64,000 nucleotides of DNA, from positions 23,879 through 87,878 of the forward strand of contig CAVSGC010000008.1 of NCBI GenBank assembly GCA_963727395.1, in the 5' to 3' direction. Of this stretch, positions 11,645-21,860 are shown piece after piece (position 1 is the stretch's first letter; the number at the start of each line of letters is the position of its first letter). The notes under the pieces are model-generated. The model had not been told where the DNA came from, searched no databases, and saw only the letters and a list, made by a program, of their open reading frames with translations. This stretch comes from an uncultured Thermoleophilaceae bacterium. GTDB lineage: Bacteria; Actinomycetota; Thermoleophilia; Solirubrobacterales; Thermoleophilaceae. The translations under genes were made by a program, and so were the position numbers.

Positions 11645-13060
11645 ATGACGGGGGACCGGGCCACGCGCCGGTGGACGCTGGGGGTGGTCTCGGCCGCCAC
11701 CGCGCTGCTGCTGCTCGACGTGACGGTGGTGAACGTGGCCCTGCCCGCGATCAGGACGGACCTGGACGCGTCGTTCGCCGAGCTGCAGTGGGTGATCGAC
11801 GCGTACGCGCTCGCCCTGGCCGCGGTCCTGCTCACCACGGGGGTGGTGGCCGACCGCGTCGGTCGCCGCCGCGTGTTCTCCGCCGGGCTGCTGGTCTTCA
11901 TCGGCGCCTCCGTGGCCTGCGCGGCCGCCTCGACGCCGGTCATGCTCGACCTCGCCCGTGCCGGCCAGGGGCTGGGGGGCGCGGCCATGTTCGCCACCTC
12001 GCTCGCGCTGCTGGCCAACGAGTTCCCGGCTGAGGATCGCGGCTTTGCGCTCGGGGTGTGGGGCGCGATCAGCGGCGGTGCGCTGGCGGTGGGGCCGCTG
12101 GTGGGTGGGGCCCTGGTGGACGGCCCCGGATGGCGGTGGGTGTTCCTGCTGAACCTCCCGCTCGGCGTGGCGCTGCTGTATGCCACCCGCCGGCGCCTGC
12201 ACGAGTCGCGCGACCCCCGTCCGGGGCGCGCGGACTGGCCGGGCACGGTCGCGTTCATGGCGGCGGCCTTCCTGCTCACCCTGGCGTTGATCCGCGGCAA
12301 CGCCGAGGGCTGGGGCAGCCCGCCGATCGCCGGCGCCATCGCTGCGGGGGCGGCCGCGCTCGTGGTGTTCGTGGTGGTGGAGGTCCGGTCCACCCATCCG
12401 ATGCTCGACTTGCGGCTGTTTCGGGTCCCCGCCTTCACGGGCACCGCCGTCGTGGCGTTCGCGCAGGCGTTCGCCATCTACCCGATGTTCCTGTTCCTGG
12501 CGGTGTACTTCCAGGACGGGCTCGGCCACACCCCGCTCGAGACGGGCCTGCGGCTCCTGCCCGTGACGCTCGTGCTGTTCGCGGTGGCGCCGCTGGCGGG
12601 CAAGCTCACCGGGCGGGTGCCGGTGGGCCTGATGCTCGCGGCGGGGCTGGCGCTCATGGGCTGCGGCCTTCTCCTCATGCGCAGCCTCGAGCCGGGCTCG
12701 GACTGGACGGCGCTGCTCCCCGGATTCGTGGTGGGCGGCCTGGCCATCGGGGTGATCAGCCCCGCCCTGGCGGCGGCCATGATCGGCGTGCTGCCGGTGG
12801 ACCGCGCGGGCCTGGCCTCCGGCGTGAACAACACCTTCCGACAGCTCGGCATCGCGGTGGGGATCGCCGGGCTCGGGGCGGTGTTCGAGCACCGCGTGGC
12901 CGCCTCCGGGGCGCGCCTGGACGCCCTCGGAGGGGCCACGCGAGTCGCCTTCGTGGACGGACTCGACGCGATCTTCCTGATCGCCGCCCTCGCCGCTCTT
13001 GCCGCCATCCCGGCGGCGCTGCTGCTCCTGCGCCGGGAGGGGGCTCCGGACGCGATCTGA
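11645..13060 (+). CDS. MFS transporter, DHA2 (EmrB/QacA-like, 14-TMS) drug:H+ antiporter
   Basis: Intact 471-aa ORF. LLLLDVTVVNVALPAIRTDLDASFAELQWVIDAYALALAAVLLTTGVVADRVGRRRVF is typical of the family, and hydrophobic segments run throughout. Confidence 0.85.
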   Translation: MTGDRATRRWTLGVVSAATALLLLDVTVVNVALPAIRTDLDASFAELQWVIDAYALALAAVLLTTGVVADRVGRRRVFSAGLLVFIGASVACAAASTPVMLDLARAGQGLGGAAMFATSLALLANEFPAEDRGFALGVWGAISGGALAVGPLVGGALVDGPGWRWVFLLNLPLGVALLYATRRRLHESRDPRPGRADWPGTVAFMAAAFLLTLALIRGNAEGWGSPPIAGAIAAGAAALVVFVVVEVRSTHPMLDLRLFRVPAFTGTAVVAFAQAFAIYPMFLFLAVYFQDGLGHTPLETGLRLLPVTLVLFAVAPLAGKLTGRVPVGLMLAAGLALMGCGLLLMRSLEPGSDWTALLPGFVVGGLAIGVISPALAAAMIGVLPVDRAGLASGVNNTFRQLGIAVGIAGLGAVFEHRVAASGARLDALGGATRVAFVDGLDAIFLIAALAALAAIPAALLLLRREGAPDAI

Positions 13061-13172
13061 GCGGTTGTTCCAGCCCTGTCTGCATCCCTGTGCAGAGCCG
13101 TAACACGCGTCACCCAAGCCGTCCGATCCCCCTGCCAGCCTGTGCCCTCCAGAAATTTCGAGGAGACGCAAA

Positions 13173-14266
13173 ATGGACAAGGATCAGGAGAAGGCCGCAA
13201 AGGCCCGCGACGCCGCGCTGAACAGCGCGATCACACAGATCCAGCGCGAGTTCGGCGAGGGATCGATCATGAAGATGGGGGACGAGGCGTTCGCCGTCTC
13301 CGTCCAGGCGATATCCACGGGCGCGCTGTCGCTGGACCTCGCGCTCGGGGTCGGCGGCCTGCCGCGCGGGCGGATCGTCGAGGTCTTCGGCCCGGAGGCG
13401 TCGGGCAAGACCACCCTGGTCTACCACGTGCTCGCCGAGGCCCAGAAGCCGCGGCGGCATCTGTGCATTCATCGACGCCGAGCACGCGATGGACCCGATC
13501 TACGCCAAGCGCATCGGGCGTCGATGTGGACGAGCTGCTGGTGTCCCAGCCGGACAACGGCGAGCAGGCGCTTGAGATCGCCGATCTCCTCATCCGCTCC
13601 GGCGCACGATCGACGTGGTGGCCATCGACTCGGTGGCCGCGCTCACGCCGAAGGCCGAGCTCGAGGGCGAGATGGGCGACCAGACCGTGGGCCTTCAGGC
13701 GCGGATGATGAGCCAGGCCATGCGCAAGCTGGCCGGCAACCTCAACAGGGCGAACACGCTCTGCATGCTCACCAACCAGATCCGCGAGAAGATCGGGGTC
13801 ATGTTCGGCTCGCCGGAGACGCAGCCGGGCGGGCGCGCGCTGAAGTTCTATTCCTCGCAGCGCCTGGACATCCGCCGCATCGAGACCCTCAAGGAGGGCA
13901 CCGAGGCGGTCGGCAACCGGGTGCGGGTGAAGGTGGTCAAGAACAAGGTGGCCGCCCCGTTCCGCCAGGCCGAGTTCGACATCGAGTACGGCCAGGGGAT
14001 CTCCTCCGAGGGCTGCGTCCTCGACCTCGGGGATCGAGCACGACATCGTCCAGAAGTCGGGCTCGTTCTTCTCCTACGGGGACGAGCGGCTGGGCCAGGG
14101 GCGCAACAACGTCAAGGCCTACCTGCGAGAGAACCCGGACAAGATGCGCGAGATCGAGGCCAAGATCTACGAGGCGCTGGGCATTCAGCCCGGCGGCGGC
14201 GCGGTGGTGGCCGCCGTCGCGGACCCGCCCGAGGTGGCGCCCGCGGTCGAGGAGCAGGCGGCCTAG
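13173..14266 (+). pseudogene. recA: recombinase RecA; at least 4 frame switches between about 13445 and 14035
   Basis: [23 protein letters not shown]...[45 protein letters not shown] (ORF 13173). [22 protein letters not shown] / [29 protein letters not shown] lie in other frames. [40 protein letters not shown]...[32 protein letters not shown]...[21 protein letters not shown] (ORF 13615). [31 protein letters not shown]...EEQAA-TAG (14264-14266). SD gaggag lies 8 nt before the ATG. Confidence 0.9.
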
Positions 14267-14293
14267 CGCCGCTCGCCCGGTCGCGGGCCGCGG

Positions 14294-14761
14294 ATGAGCA
14301 CCGATCCGTTCCAGCGCGCTGTCGAGCTGGCCTACCGGTCGATCTCGCGCCGCGACCGCACCGTGGCCGAGGTGCGTGCGTTCCTCGAGCGCAAGAACGT
14401 CGAGCCCGAGCCGCTGGAGCACGCCCTCGGAGAGCTGGCCGAGGCCGGGTGGCTCGACGACGAGCGCTTCGCCCAGCGCTTTGCCGAGGACAAGCGAACG
14501 ATCGAGCGCTGGGGCAGCGAGCGGATCGAGCGCGAGCTGCGCCGCCGCGGGGTGCCCGCCGAGGCGATCGTGGCCGCCACGGGCGAGCAGGACCGCGACG
14601 CCGAGCTGGCCGCGGCGGTGGAGATCCTCGCGGAGAAGGCCGGGCCGCCCGTGGACGACCGCGAGCGCGACCGGGCGTGGCGCCTGCTGGTGCGCAAGGG
14701 CTACGAGCCCGAGCTGGCGTACGAGGCGGTGCGCGAGCTTGGCCGCCGCGCCGTCACGTAA
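14294..14761 (+). CDS. recX: recombination regulator RecX
   Basis: Intact 155-aa ORF directly after rec[23 protein letters not shown]...[36 protein letters not shown]...[20 protein letters not shown] shows the three-repeat RecX pattern. Confidence 0.85.
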   Translation: MSTDPFQRAVELAYRSISRRDRTVAEVRAFLERKNVEPEPLEHALGELAEAGWLDDERFAQRFAEDKRTIERWGSERIERELRRRGVPAEAIVAATGEQDRDAELAAAVEILAEKAGPPVDDRERDRAWRLLVRKGYEPELAYEAVRELGRRAVT

Positions 14762-14782
14762 CTGATCTAACCTGCGGGCGCC

Positions 14783-16023
14783 ATGGCACGTCTGCGGGAA
14801 GGCTTTGGCGTCCTGCGCGACCGCGACTTCCGCCTTCTTCTCGGTGCGCAGGGGGTGTCTGTGTTCGGCGACCGTATGCTCGCCGTGGCCCTCGCGTTCG
14901 CCGTGTTGGAGACCGGTGGATCGGCGGCGGACATCGGGATCGTGCTGGCCGCCAACTGGGTGCCGCTGGTCGCCAGCTTGCTCGTGGCGGGCGTGGTGGC
15001 CGACAGGGTTTCGCGCCGCAGCGTGATGGTGGTCGCCGATCTCGTGCGCGTCGTGAGCCAGGGCGCGATCGCCGGTCTGCTTCTCGCGGGAGTGGCCGAG
15101 ATATGGATGCTGGCGGTGCTCTCGGCTCTCACCGGCGCCGCAACCGGGTTCTTCAATCCAGCTTCGACCGCCCTATTGCCCGATGTGGTGTCCCACGGAC
15201 GCACTCCAACCGGCGAATGCGCTCCGCGCCAGCGCGGTCTCTGCGGGGGAGATCGCTGGACCCCTGGTGGCCGGTGTGCTCGTCGCGACGGCGGGGGCGG
15301 GTTGGGCGATCGCCGTCGATGCGGCGACTTTCGCCGTCAGTGCAACGTTGCTGTTGATGCTCAGCGTCGCCCGTCACCGCGGAGCCGAGCGGAGGCCGTT
15401 CGTCATCGAACTGCGTGAGGGGTGGGCGGCGTTTCGGTCGCGCCGCTGGCTCTGGACCTTCGTGGCGTACTTCGCGTTCGTCAACATGATGTGGGGTGCG
15501 TGGAGCGTGCTGGGCCCGGTCGTGGCGGACAGCGAGTTGGGCGGCGCCGCCGCATGGGGAACTGTTCTGGGGGCGTTCGGGGCCGGGGCCCTGATCGGCA
15601 GCCTGGTGGCTTCCCAAGCGAGGCCGAGTCGCCCGCTCTTCACGATCATCGTCGCGGAAGCTCTCTTCGCACCCGCGCTCGCCTTTCTCGCGCTAGCCCC
15701 GCCGTTGTTGCGTCCTCAGCGCGGGAGCGGCACTCTCGGGAGCCGGAATGATGTACGGCAACTCGATCTGGGAGTCGACGCTCCAGCGCCACGTCCCAGC
15801 TGCCTCGCTCTCGCGGGTCAGCTCCTATGACTGGCTCGGATCGATGGCCTTCTTCCCGCTCGGTCTGATCGTGTGGGGACCGGTGGCCGAGGCGATCGGG
15901 ATCAGCGCAGCGCTATGGAGCGCCTTCGGGCTGTTCGCGATCGGGCTCATGGTGGTTGGCCTCGTTCCTGAGGTGCGGCGCCTGCCCGCCATGCCCGATG
16001 GCGCCGGCCGCGCGGCGGCCTGA
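14783..16023 (+). pseudogene. MFS transporter (EntS/MFS_3-like); two frame switches near 15200 and 15740
   Basis: [32 protein letters not shown]...[18 protein letters not shown] (ORF 14783). [24 protein letters not shown]...FRSRRWLWTFVAYFAF (ORF 15183). NSIWESTLQRHVPAASLSRVSSYDWLGSMAFFPLGLIVWGPVAE (ORF 15748). Confidence 0.7.
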
Positions 16024-16346
16024 CGGTTGCGCCCGCGCGCGCGCCGGAGTACGCTCGACGCAAGAGCGATCCGCGTGGTCGCCGTGAGCAACCAGATTCG
16101 ATACTTGGCTTCTTTGCAGCGGTTTTTGAGACTTTCCGGTACCCGATGAGATCAACTTCAACAGAGAACGGACCGCCCCGGGACAAGCGCGAAAGGAGTG
16201 CCCGAGCGCGTCCGTAGATGAAGTGCCGCGCGCCACCGGAAGGCGCGCGCCCGCTTGGAGCAGCCCTGGTGTCTCGCGGTACCGAGCCGAGCGCTCGACC
16301 GAGAAACCGGACCCGGCCACTGAGGGCCGGGGGAGGAGACTGCGAC

Positions 16347-17873
16347 ATGGAGATCCTGCTGGCGGCCGTTGTGTCCGCCGCCGTGGCCGCGACCGTGGTC
16401 CTCATAGGGCTGCGCCGGCGCCCGCCGATGGAGGTGTCGCCCATGATCACGCACGCCGAGGCCGCCGCTGCCCCGTCCGCCTCCGGCGAGAGCCCCCTGC
16501 GTGGCCGCCGCGCCGCTCCGGCCCGTCCCGCCGTTGTGAGCGGACAGGACGACGCCGACCTCGCCGGGCGGCGCGAGGAGATCGCCCGCAGGGAGGAGCG
16601 CGTGCGGGCTCAGGAGGACGCGCTCAGCGCGCGTGAGCGATCGGTCGAGCATCGCGAGGCGTCGCTGGAGGAACGTGCGCGCAACCTCGAGGTGAACGCG
16701 GAGGGGCTCAAGGAGGCCAAGCGCGAGCACGTTCGTGGGCTGGAGCGGGTGGCGGGCCTGAGCGCCGGCCAGGCCAAGCACCTCCTGCTGCACGAGCTGG
16801 AGGACGAGGTCCGCCACGACAGCGCCCGGATGGTGCGCCAGGTGGAGGAGGAGGCGCGCAACGAGGCCGACCGGCGCGCCCGCAGCATCCTCGCCACCTG
16901 TATGCAGCGCGTGGCCGGCGGCCACGCGCACGAGACCACCGTGTCCACGGTGGAGCTGAAGTCGGACGAGCTGAAGGGCCGCATCATCGGGCGCGAGGGA
17001 CGCAACATCCGCGCCCTGGAGACGCTCACCGGGATCGACTTCATCATCGACGACACCCCCGGCGCGGTACTGCTGTCCGGCTTTGACGGGGTGCGCCGCG
17101 AGATCGCCCGCCTGGCGCTGGAGCGCCTGCTCCAGGACGGGCGCATCCACCCGGCGCGGATCGAGGAGGCCTACCACCAGGCGCGCTCGGACATCGACCA
17201 GCGGATCGCGGAGGTGGGCGAGCAGGCAGCCTTCGAGGCCAACGTGGGCACGGTGCATCCGGAGCTCACCAAGCTGCTCGGCCGGCTGCAGTACCGCACC
17301 AGCTACGGCCAGAACGTGCTGGCCCACTCGCTCGAGTGCGCCCGCCTGGCCACCCTCCTGGCCTCCGAGCTGGGGGCCAGCCCCAAGATCGCCGCACGCG
17401 CCGCGCTGATGCACGACATCGGCAAGGCGGTGTCCCACGAGACCGAGGGCCCGCACGCCCTGGTGGGAGGCAAGCTCGCTCGCCGCTACGGCGAGGACGA
17501 GGCCGTTGCCCACGCGATGGAGTCACACCACAACGAGGTGGAGCCCCAGACGGTGGAGGCCGTGATCGTGCAGATCGTGGACTCGCTGTCGGGCGCGCGC
17601 CCGGGTGCGCGCGGCGAGTCGCTCGAGCGCTACGTGGGACGCCTGCACGACCTCGAGGGGCTGGCTTCGCGCCACGCCGGGGTGGAGAAGGTCTACGCCA
17701 TGCACGCGGGCCGCGAGATCCGCGTGATCGTGCGCCCCGAGGAGATCGGAGACGACGAGGCCACGCTGCTGTCACGCACCATCGCGCGTGAGGTCGAGGC
17801 CGAGTTGGAGTACCCGGGGCAGATCAAGGTCACGGTGATCAGGGAGAGCCGGTCGACCGACTATGCGAAGTAG
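16347..17873 (+). CDS. rny: ribonuclease Y
   Basis: Internal ATG of ORF 16218-17873, preceded by SD gggaggag. N-terminal TM MEILLAAVVSAAVAATVVLIGL, a coiled coil, KH domain GRIIGREGRNIRALETLTGIDFIIDDTPGAVLLSGFD, and HD domain LAHSLECARLATLLASELG...MHDIGKAVSHE. Intact. Confidence 0.9.
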   Translation: MEILLAAVVSAAVAATVVLIGLRRRPPMEVSPMITHAEAAAAPSASGESPLRGRRAAPARPAVVSGQDDADLAGRREEIARREERVRAQEDALSARERSVEHREASLEERARNLEVNAEGLKEAKREHVRGLERVAGLSAGQAKHLLLHELEDEVRHDSARMVRQVEEEARNEADRRARSILATCMQRVAGGHAHETTVSTVELKSDELKGRIIGREGRNIRALETLTGIDFIIDDTPGAVLLSGFDGVRREIARLALERLLQDGRIHPARIEEAYHQARSDIDQRIAEVGEQAAFEANVGTVHPELTKLLGRLQYRTSYGQNVLAHSLECARLATLLASELGASPKIAARAALMHDIGKAVSHETEGPHALVGGKLARRYGEDEAVAHAMESHHNEVEPQTVEAVIVQIVDSLSGARPGARGESLERYVGRLHDLEGLASRHAGVEKVYAMHAGREIRVIVRPEEIGDDEATLLSRTIAREVEAELEYPGQIKVTVIRESRSTDYAK

Positions 17874-17936
17874 TCACGCGCCGCGCTCCGCGGAGGCCGG
17901 CTCGCCGGACGACTTACATGACGAGAGGACGTGACA

Positions 17937-18974
17937 ATGGAGTACCGCACCCTTGGGCGGAGCGGCTGCGCGGTGTCGACCCTGTCGCTGGGCACGATGA
18001 CGTTTGGCAGCGAGACTGACGAGGACGCGTCTCACGCGCAGCTGGACGCCTTCGTTGGGGCGGGAGGCACCCTGATCGACACCGCCGACGTGTACAGCGC
18101 CGGCGTCTCGGAGGAGATCATTGGGCGCTGGCTCGGCAAGCAGCCGACCGGTATACGCAGCCAGGTGGTGCTCGCGACCAAGGGACGCTTTCCGATGGGC
18201 GAAGGCCCCAACGACGCCGGAGTCTCCCGCCGGCACCTGCGGGACGCGCTGGACGCCTCGCTGCGGCGGCTCGGGGTCGAGTCGGTCGACCTCTATCAGC
18301 TGCACGCCTTCGACCCGCACACCCCGCTGGATGAGACGCTGCGCTTCCTCGACGACGCCGTGAGTGCGGGCAAGATCTCCTACATCGGGCTGTCCAACTA
18401 CACCGGCTGGCAGGTCCAGAAGGTGGTCGACCTCGCCGAGTTCCGCGGCCTGGCGAGTCCGGTCACCCTGCAGCCGCAATACAACCTTCTCGTGCGGGAG
18501 ATCGAGTGGGAGATCGTGCCCGCCTGCGAATCGACCCGGCTGGGGCTGCTGCCGTGGTCGCCCCTTGGCGGAGGCTGGTTGACCGGCAAGTACACCCAGG
18601 ACGCACGGCCGACCGGCGCCACGAGACTTGGCGAGAACCCCGACCGCGGCGTCGAGGCCTACGACCGTCGCAGCCGCGACCAGCGCACGTGGGACGTGAT
18701 CGACGCGGTCGAGTCGGTCGCCTCGTCACGCGGAGTCACCATGGCGCAGGTGGCGCTCGCGTGGCTGGTCGACCGGCCGATCGTCAGCTCGGTGATCCTC
18801 GGTGCCCGCACCGTCGAGCAACTGCAGGACAACCTCGGCGCCGCAGGCCTGCACCTGAGCCAGGACGAGACCGCGCGGCTGGACACCGCGAGCGACCCGG
18901 CCGCGGCCGACTACCCGTACGGCGGGCCGGGCACCGAGCAGCGCAGCCGCGCGGTTGCGGGCATCGCCCCCTGA
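17937..18974 (+). CDS. aldo/keto reductase
   Basis: Intact ORF. MEYRTLGRSGCAVSTLSLGTMTFG...IDTADVYSAGVSEEIIGRWL...SVDLYQLHAFDPHTPLDETL...GKISYIGLSNYTGWQ...LLPWSPLGGGWLTGKY. An alternative GTG start lies at 17931. Confidence 0.85.
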   Translation: MEYRTLGRSGCAVSTLSLGTMTFGSETDEDASHAQLDAFVGAGGTLIDTADVYSAGVSEEIIGRWLGKQPTGIRSQVVLATKGRFPMGEGPNDAGVSRRHLRDALDASLRRLGVESVDLYQLHAFDPHTPLDETLRFLDDAVSAGKISYIGLSNYTGWQVQKVVDLAEFRGLASPVTLQPQYNLLVREIEWEIVPACESTRLGLLPWSPLGGGWLTGKYTQDARPTGATRLGENPDRGVEAYDRRSRDQRTWDVIDAVESVASSRGVTMAQVALAWLVDRPIVSSVILGARTVEQLQDNLGAAGLHLSQDETARLDTASDPAAADYPYGGPGTEQRSRAVAGIAP

Positions 18975-19014
18975 CGTAATCGACCCGACCACCGAGTCGG
19001 ACTATGATGGGCGT

Positions 19015-19891
19015 GTGGAAGCGAAGGTCGCGACAGCCAACGAAGAGGCTGTCGAGGCCTGGGACGGCGTGCTTTTCGACCGCTTCTCCCAGTTCCGCCA
19101 TCTGATCCTCGCCGGCAACGGCGCCCAGAGCGATCGGGCGCTCGACTGCATCCACCGCAGCCCGGCGAGCGGGTGCTCGACGTGGGCTGCGGCTTCGGCG
19201 ACGTCACCCAGCAGATCGCCGCCATGGTGGGTCCGGAGGGCGAGGTGGTGGGCGTGGACGCCTCGCCGCGCTTCATCGACGCGTCCCGCGCCGAGGCCGA
19301 GGAGGCTGGCGTCGGAAACGTCCGCTTCGAGATCGCCGACGTCGAGGCCGGCTGGCTTCGGGGGCGGCTTCGACCGCGTCTTCTCGCGCTTCGGGACGAT
19401 GTTCTTCGCCAATCCCGTGAGGGCGCTGCGCAACGTCCGCGAGGCGCTCGTGCCGGGCGGCGAGCTGTGCATGGTCGTCTGGCGCCAGAAGGTCGAGAAC
19501 CCGTGGATGTACGAGGCCCAGGTGGCCGTCGAGCGGTACCTCGAGCGGCGTGAGAACCCCGACGAGCCCACCTGCGGCCCCGGTCCCTTCTCGATGGCCA
19601 ACGCCGACACCACCAGCGGGATCCTCGAGAGCGCCGGCTACGAGGACATCCGCCTCGACCGCTCAGACACTGCAGATGATCGTTGGCACCGACCTCGACG
19701 AGGCGATCGACCTCGTGACCGCACTCGGCCCGGCCGGGGAGATCATCCGCCTGGCGGGTGAGGACGCCGAGGAGATCAGGCCCAAGCTGGTCCAGGCAGT
19801 GCGCGAGGCGCTGGAACGCTTCGCCACCGAGGACGGCGTGCGGGCGCAGATGTCCACGTGGATCGTGAGCGGTCGCGCTCCGGCCGGCTGA
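19015..19891 (+). pseudogene. class I SAM-dependent methyltransferase; about 4 frame switches
   Basis: AVEAWDGVLFDRFSQFRHLILAG (ORF 18955). VLDVGCGFGDVTQQIAAMVGPEGEVVGVDASPRFID (ORF 19173, SAM motif I). FDRVFSRFGTMFFANPVRALRNVREALVPGGELCMVVW (ORF 18955 frame). MIVGTDLDEAIDLVTALGPAGEIIRL... (ORF 19550). Confidence 0.65.
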
Positions 19892-19906
19892 GCCTCAGGC
19901 GCGTCA

Positions 19907-20242
19907 CTAGCCCTTCGGCGGGAGCGAGCCGGCATAGGCCACCCCGGTCTTCACCCAGCGCTCGAGCTCGGGCTCGCTCTGGACATCGGCCGCGGGTACG
20001 CGCAGCCAGCCGCTCATCGGGCGCCCCCGCATCACCATCGGCTCGGCGGAGGAGCCGTCCACCAGGGTGTCGGACTCGTCGGGGTCGACCGGCACGAGGA
20101 GCCCGCCCTGCCCGCTCGCTGCGACCGCCATGTGACCGTTGATCAGAAAGGCAAGGCCGCCGAACATCCGCATCTCGGTGACCGCCTGCTCGTCGGTCAT
20201 GAGGGCGCGGATTCGATCGGCGAGGGCTTCGTCGTAGGGCAT
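19907..20242 (-). CDS. TfoX N-terminal domain protein
   Basis: Internal ATG of ORF 19907-20425. MPYDEALADRIRALMTDEQAVTEMRMFGGLAFLINGHMAVAAS...MSGWLRVPAADVQSEPELERWVKTGVAYAGSLPPKG. The MFGG-x-x-F-x-x-x-G pattern is typical of TfoX_N. Confidence 0.65.
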   Translation of the reverse strand: MPYDEALADRIRALMTDEQAVTEMRMFGGLAFLINGHMAVAASGQGGLLVPVDPDESDTLVDGSSAEPMVMRGRPMSGWLRVPAADVQSEPELERWVKTGVAYAGSLPPKG

Positions 20243-20333
20243 CTCCGCATGATGATGAAGCTCTGGCGTCCATGGGCCGGTGACGAGCGCACTGCACTCG
20301 GTATCGTCGCCAGTCCCCGAGCAGGAGGCGCAA

Positions 20334-20682
20334 ATGCCGTATGTCGAAGGCTTCGTCGCCGCCGTGCCCACCGCGAACAGGGACGTGTACATCGAGCACG
20401 CCACCGAGGCCGCCGAGTACTTCAAGAACCTCGGCGCGACGCGCGTGATCGAGTGCTGGGGGGACGACGTGCCGAAGGGCGAAGCTCACAGACTTCTACA
20501 AGGCCGTCCAGGCCAAGGACGACGAGACCGTGATCTTCAGTTGGGTCGAATATCCGGACAAGGCGACCCGCGACGCCGCGAACGAGAAGATGAGCGCCGA
20601 CCCCGAGATGATGAATATGGAGATGCCCTTCGACGGCAAGCGGATGTTCTGGGGCGGCTTTGAGCAGGTGGTGAGCGAGTAG
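20334..20682 (+). pseudogene. DUF1428 family protein; one frame switch near 20485
   Basis: MPYVEGFVAAVPTANRDVYIEHATEAAEYFKNLGATRVIECWGDDVPKGE (ORF 20280 frame), then FYKAVQAKDDETVIFSWVEYPDKATRDAANEKMSADPEMMNMEMPFDGKRMFWGGFEQVVSE-TAG in the next frame. Confidence 0.65.
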
Positions 20683-20699
20683 GCGCGACCTGGCGCTGG

Positions 20700-21860
20700 T
20701 CAGCGCCTGGCGACCTGGAATCGAATGCGCTTCAGGCGAGACCTGTTGCTCGCCAGGTCTGTCGCGACGCCGCGCAGGCGATAGCGGCCGGGCTTCAGCT
20801 TGCGCCCACGCAGGCGGCCGCTGAAGGTGACCCTGTTGGAGTTCACGTGACCCTGGTGGATGAAGCTGCCCCGGATGAGCTTGTAGCGGGTGCACTTCTT
20901 CGCCCGCCGGTTGGAGCGCGTTGCTCTGAGGCAGCGCCCACCTGCCCGCCGACCTTGGACAGCTCGCTCGATCGTGAATTTGACCGCCGCCGCTTCGGAA
21001 AGCGCATATGAGACCTGCGTGCCGGCAGGAGTCGCGATGCTCGGGCCTGAGCCCGCGGCGCGGAAGCGGGTCCGCGAGAGTGAGAGCGAGTTGAGAGCGG
21101 GCTTGGTGGTGTCGGGCGGCGATGTGGGCGTGGCCGTTGCGGCGGGCGTGGGCGCAGGGGCCGCGTCGGGAAACGCTACGCCCCCGCTCATGCGCACGGC
21201 CAGGCCGGTATTCCCGGCGGCGCAGCGGCGGTCGCCTGGATTTGCGGCCGCCGGGTCCGGATTGGCGGCGTCGGGCATTACGTCCCAGGGCCCCGCGCTG
21301 TCGGGTGGGGCTGCCCGAACGCGGCCCAGCGGAACGCCGCGAGGCTGCCCGGCACGAGGCTCGGGTCGAAGGACAGCGTGAAGCTCTCGATCCCACTCGT
21401 GACCGTGGTGGGAACCGCAGTCGGCGCGGCCGCCAGCTGGCCCGCCAGGTCTTGGCAGTCCGCGCTACTGAGCGTTCGGTCGAGGTCACGAAGGGCCACG
21501 TCCACCGTCACGCCATCGGCGTTGCGGGTGGCCACGATCTCGTGATCGGCGATCCCATCGCCACCCGTGTCGATCAGGACGTGCACGCCGATCTCGGCGC
21601 GCGTTCCGCCCCGAAAGTGCTCGCGTCGAGGTCGACGGTCAGGGTCGCCAAGGTACCGTCCACGTCCCAGGCGACCCTGCGGAGATCAGCCTTTCCGGAG
21701 GCGCCGGTGGGAGCGTCGGAGGGATCCTCGCGGGCTTGGGTGGCCGCCTGTGCCGTGGTGGGGGCCAGCCAGAGTAGGAACCCACCATCACCAAGAGGCC
21801 AGCCTTGCGCGTATCGGTGGTTTGGCTAACGCTCAGCTTGTTGATGGAGCGGCGGACCAT
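20700..21860 (-). pseudogene. secreted hypothetical protein with Arg-rich C-terminal beta module; at least 3 frame switches
   Basis: N-terminus MVRRSINKLSVSQTTDTRKAGLLVMVGS (ORF 21639-21884), then LLWLAPTTAQAATQA...ADLRRVAWDVDGTLATLTVDLDAS in another frame. HVLIDTGGDGIADHEIVATRNADGVTVDVALRDL (ORF 21278-21586). LSLSRTRFRAAGSG...VSYALSEAAAVKFTIERAVQGRRAGGRC...CTRYKLIRGSF...FSGRLRGRKLKPGRYRLRGVATDLASNRS (ORF 20700-21278). Confidence 0.55.

Noticed and set aside
16146-16217. 23-codon ORF (MRSTSTENGPPRDKRERSARARP) in the rny upstream region as a possible leader peptide.
   Set aside because: Its codon usage (AGA, TCA, ACT, ACA) is unlike the rest of the window. There is no SD and no recognisable attenuator logic.
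16228-16248. Hairpin with a GGAA-containing loop followed by AGCAGCC, superficially like SRP (4.5S) RNA domain IV.
   Set aside because: The conserved GGUCCGGAAGGAAGCAGCC arrangement and the flanking symmetric and asymmetric loops are not present. It is just a GC hairpin in the rny leader.
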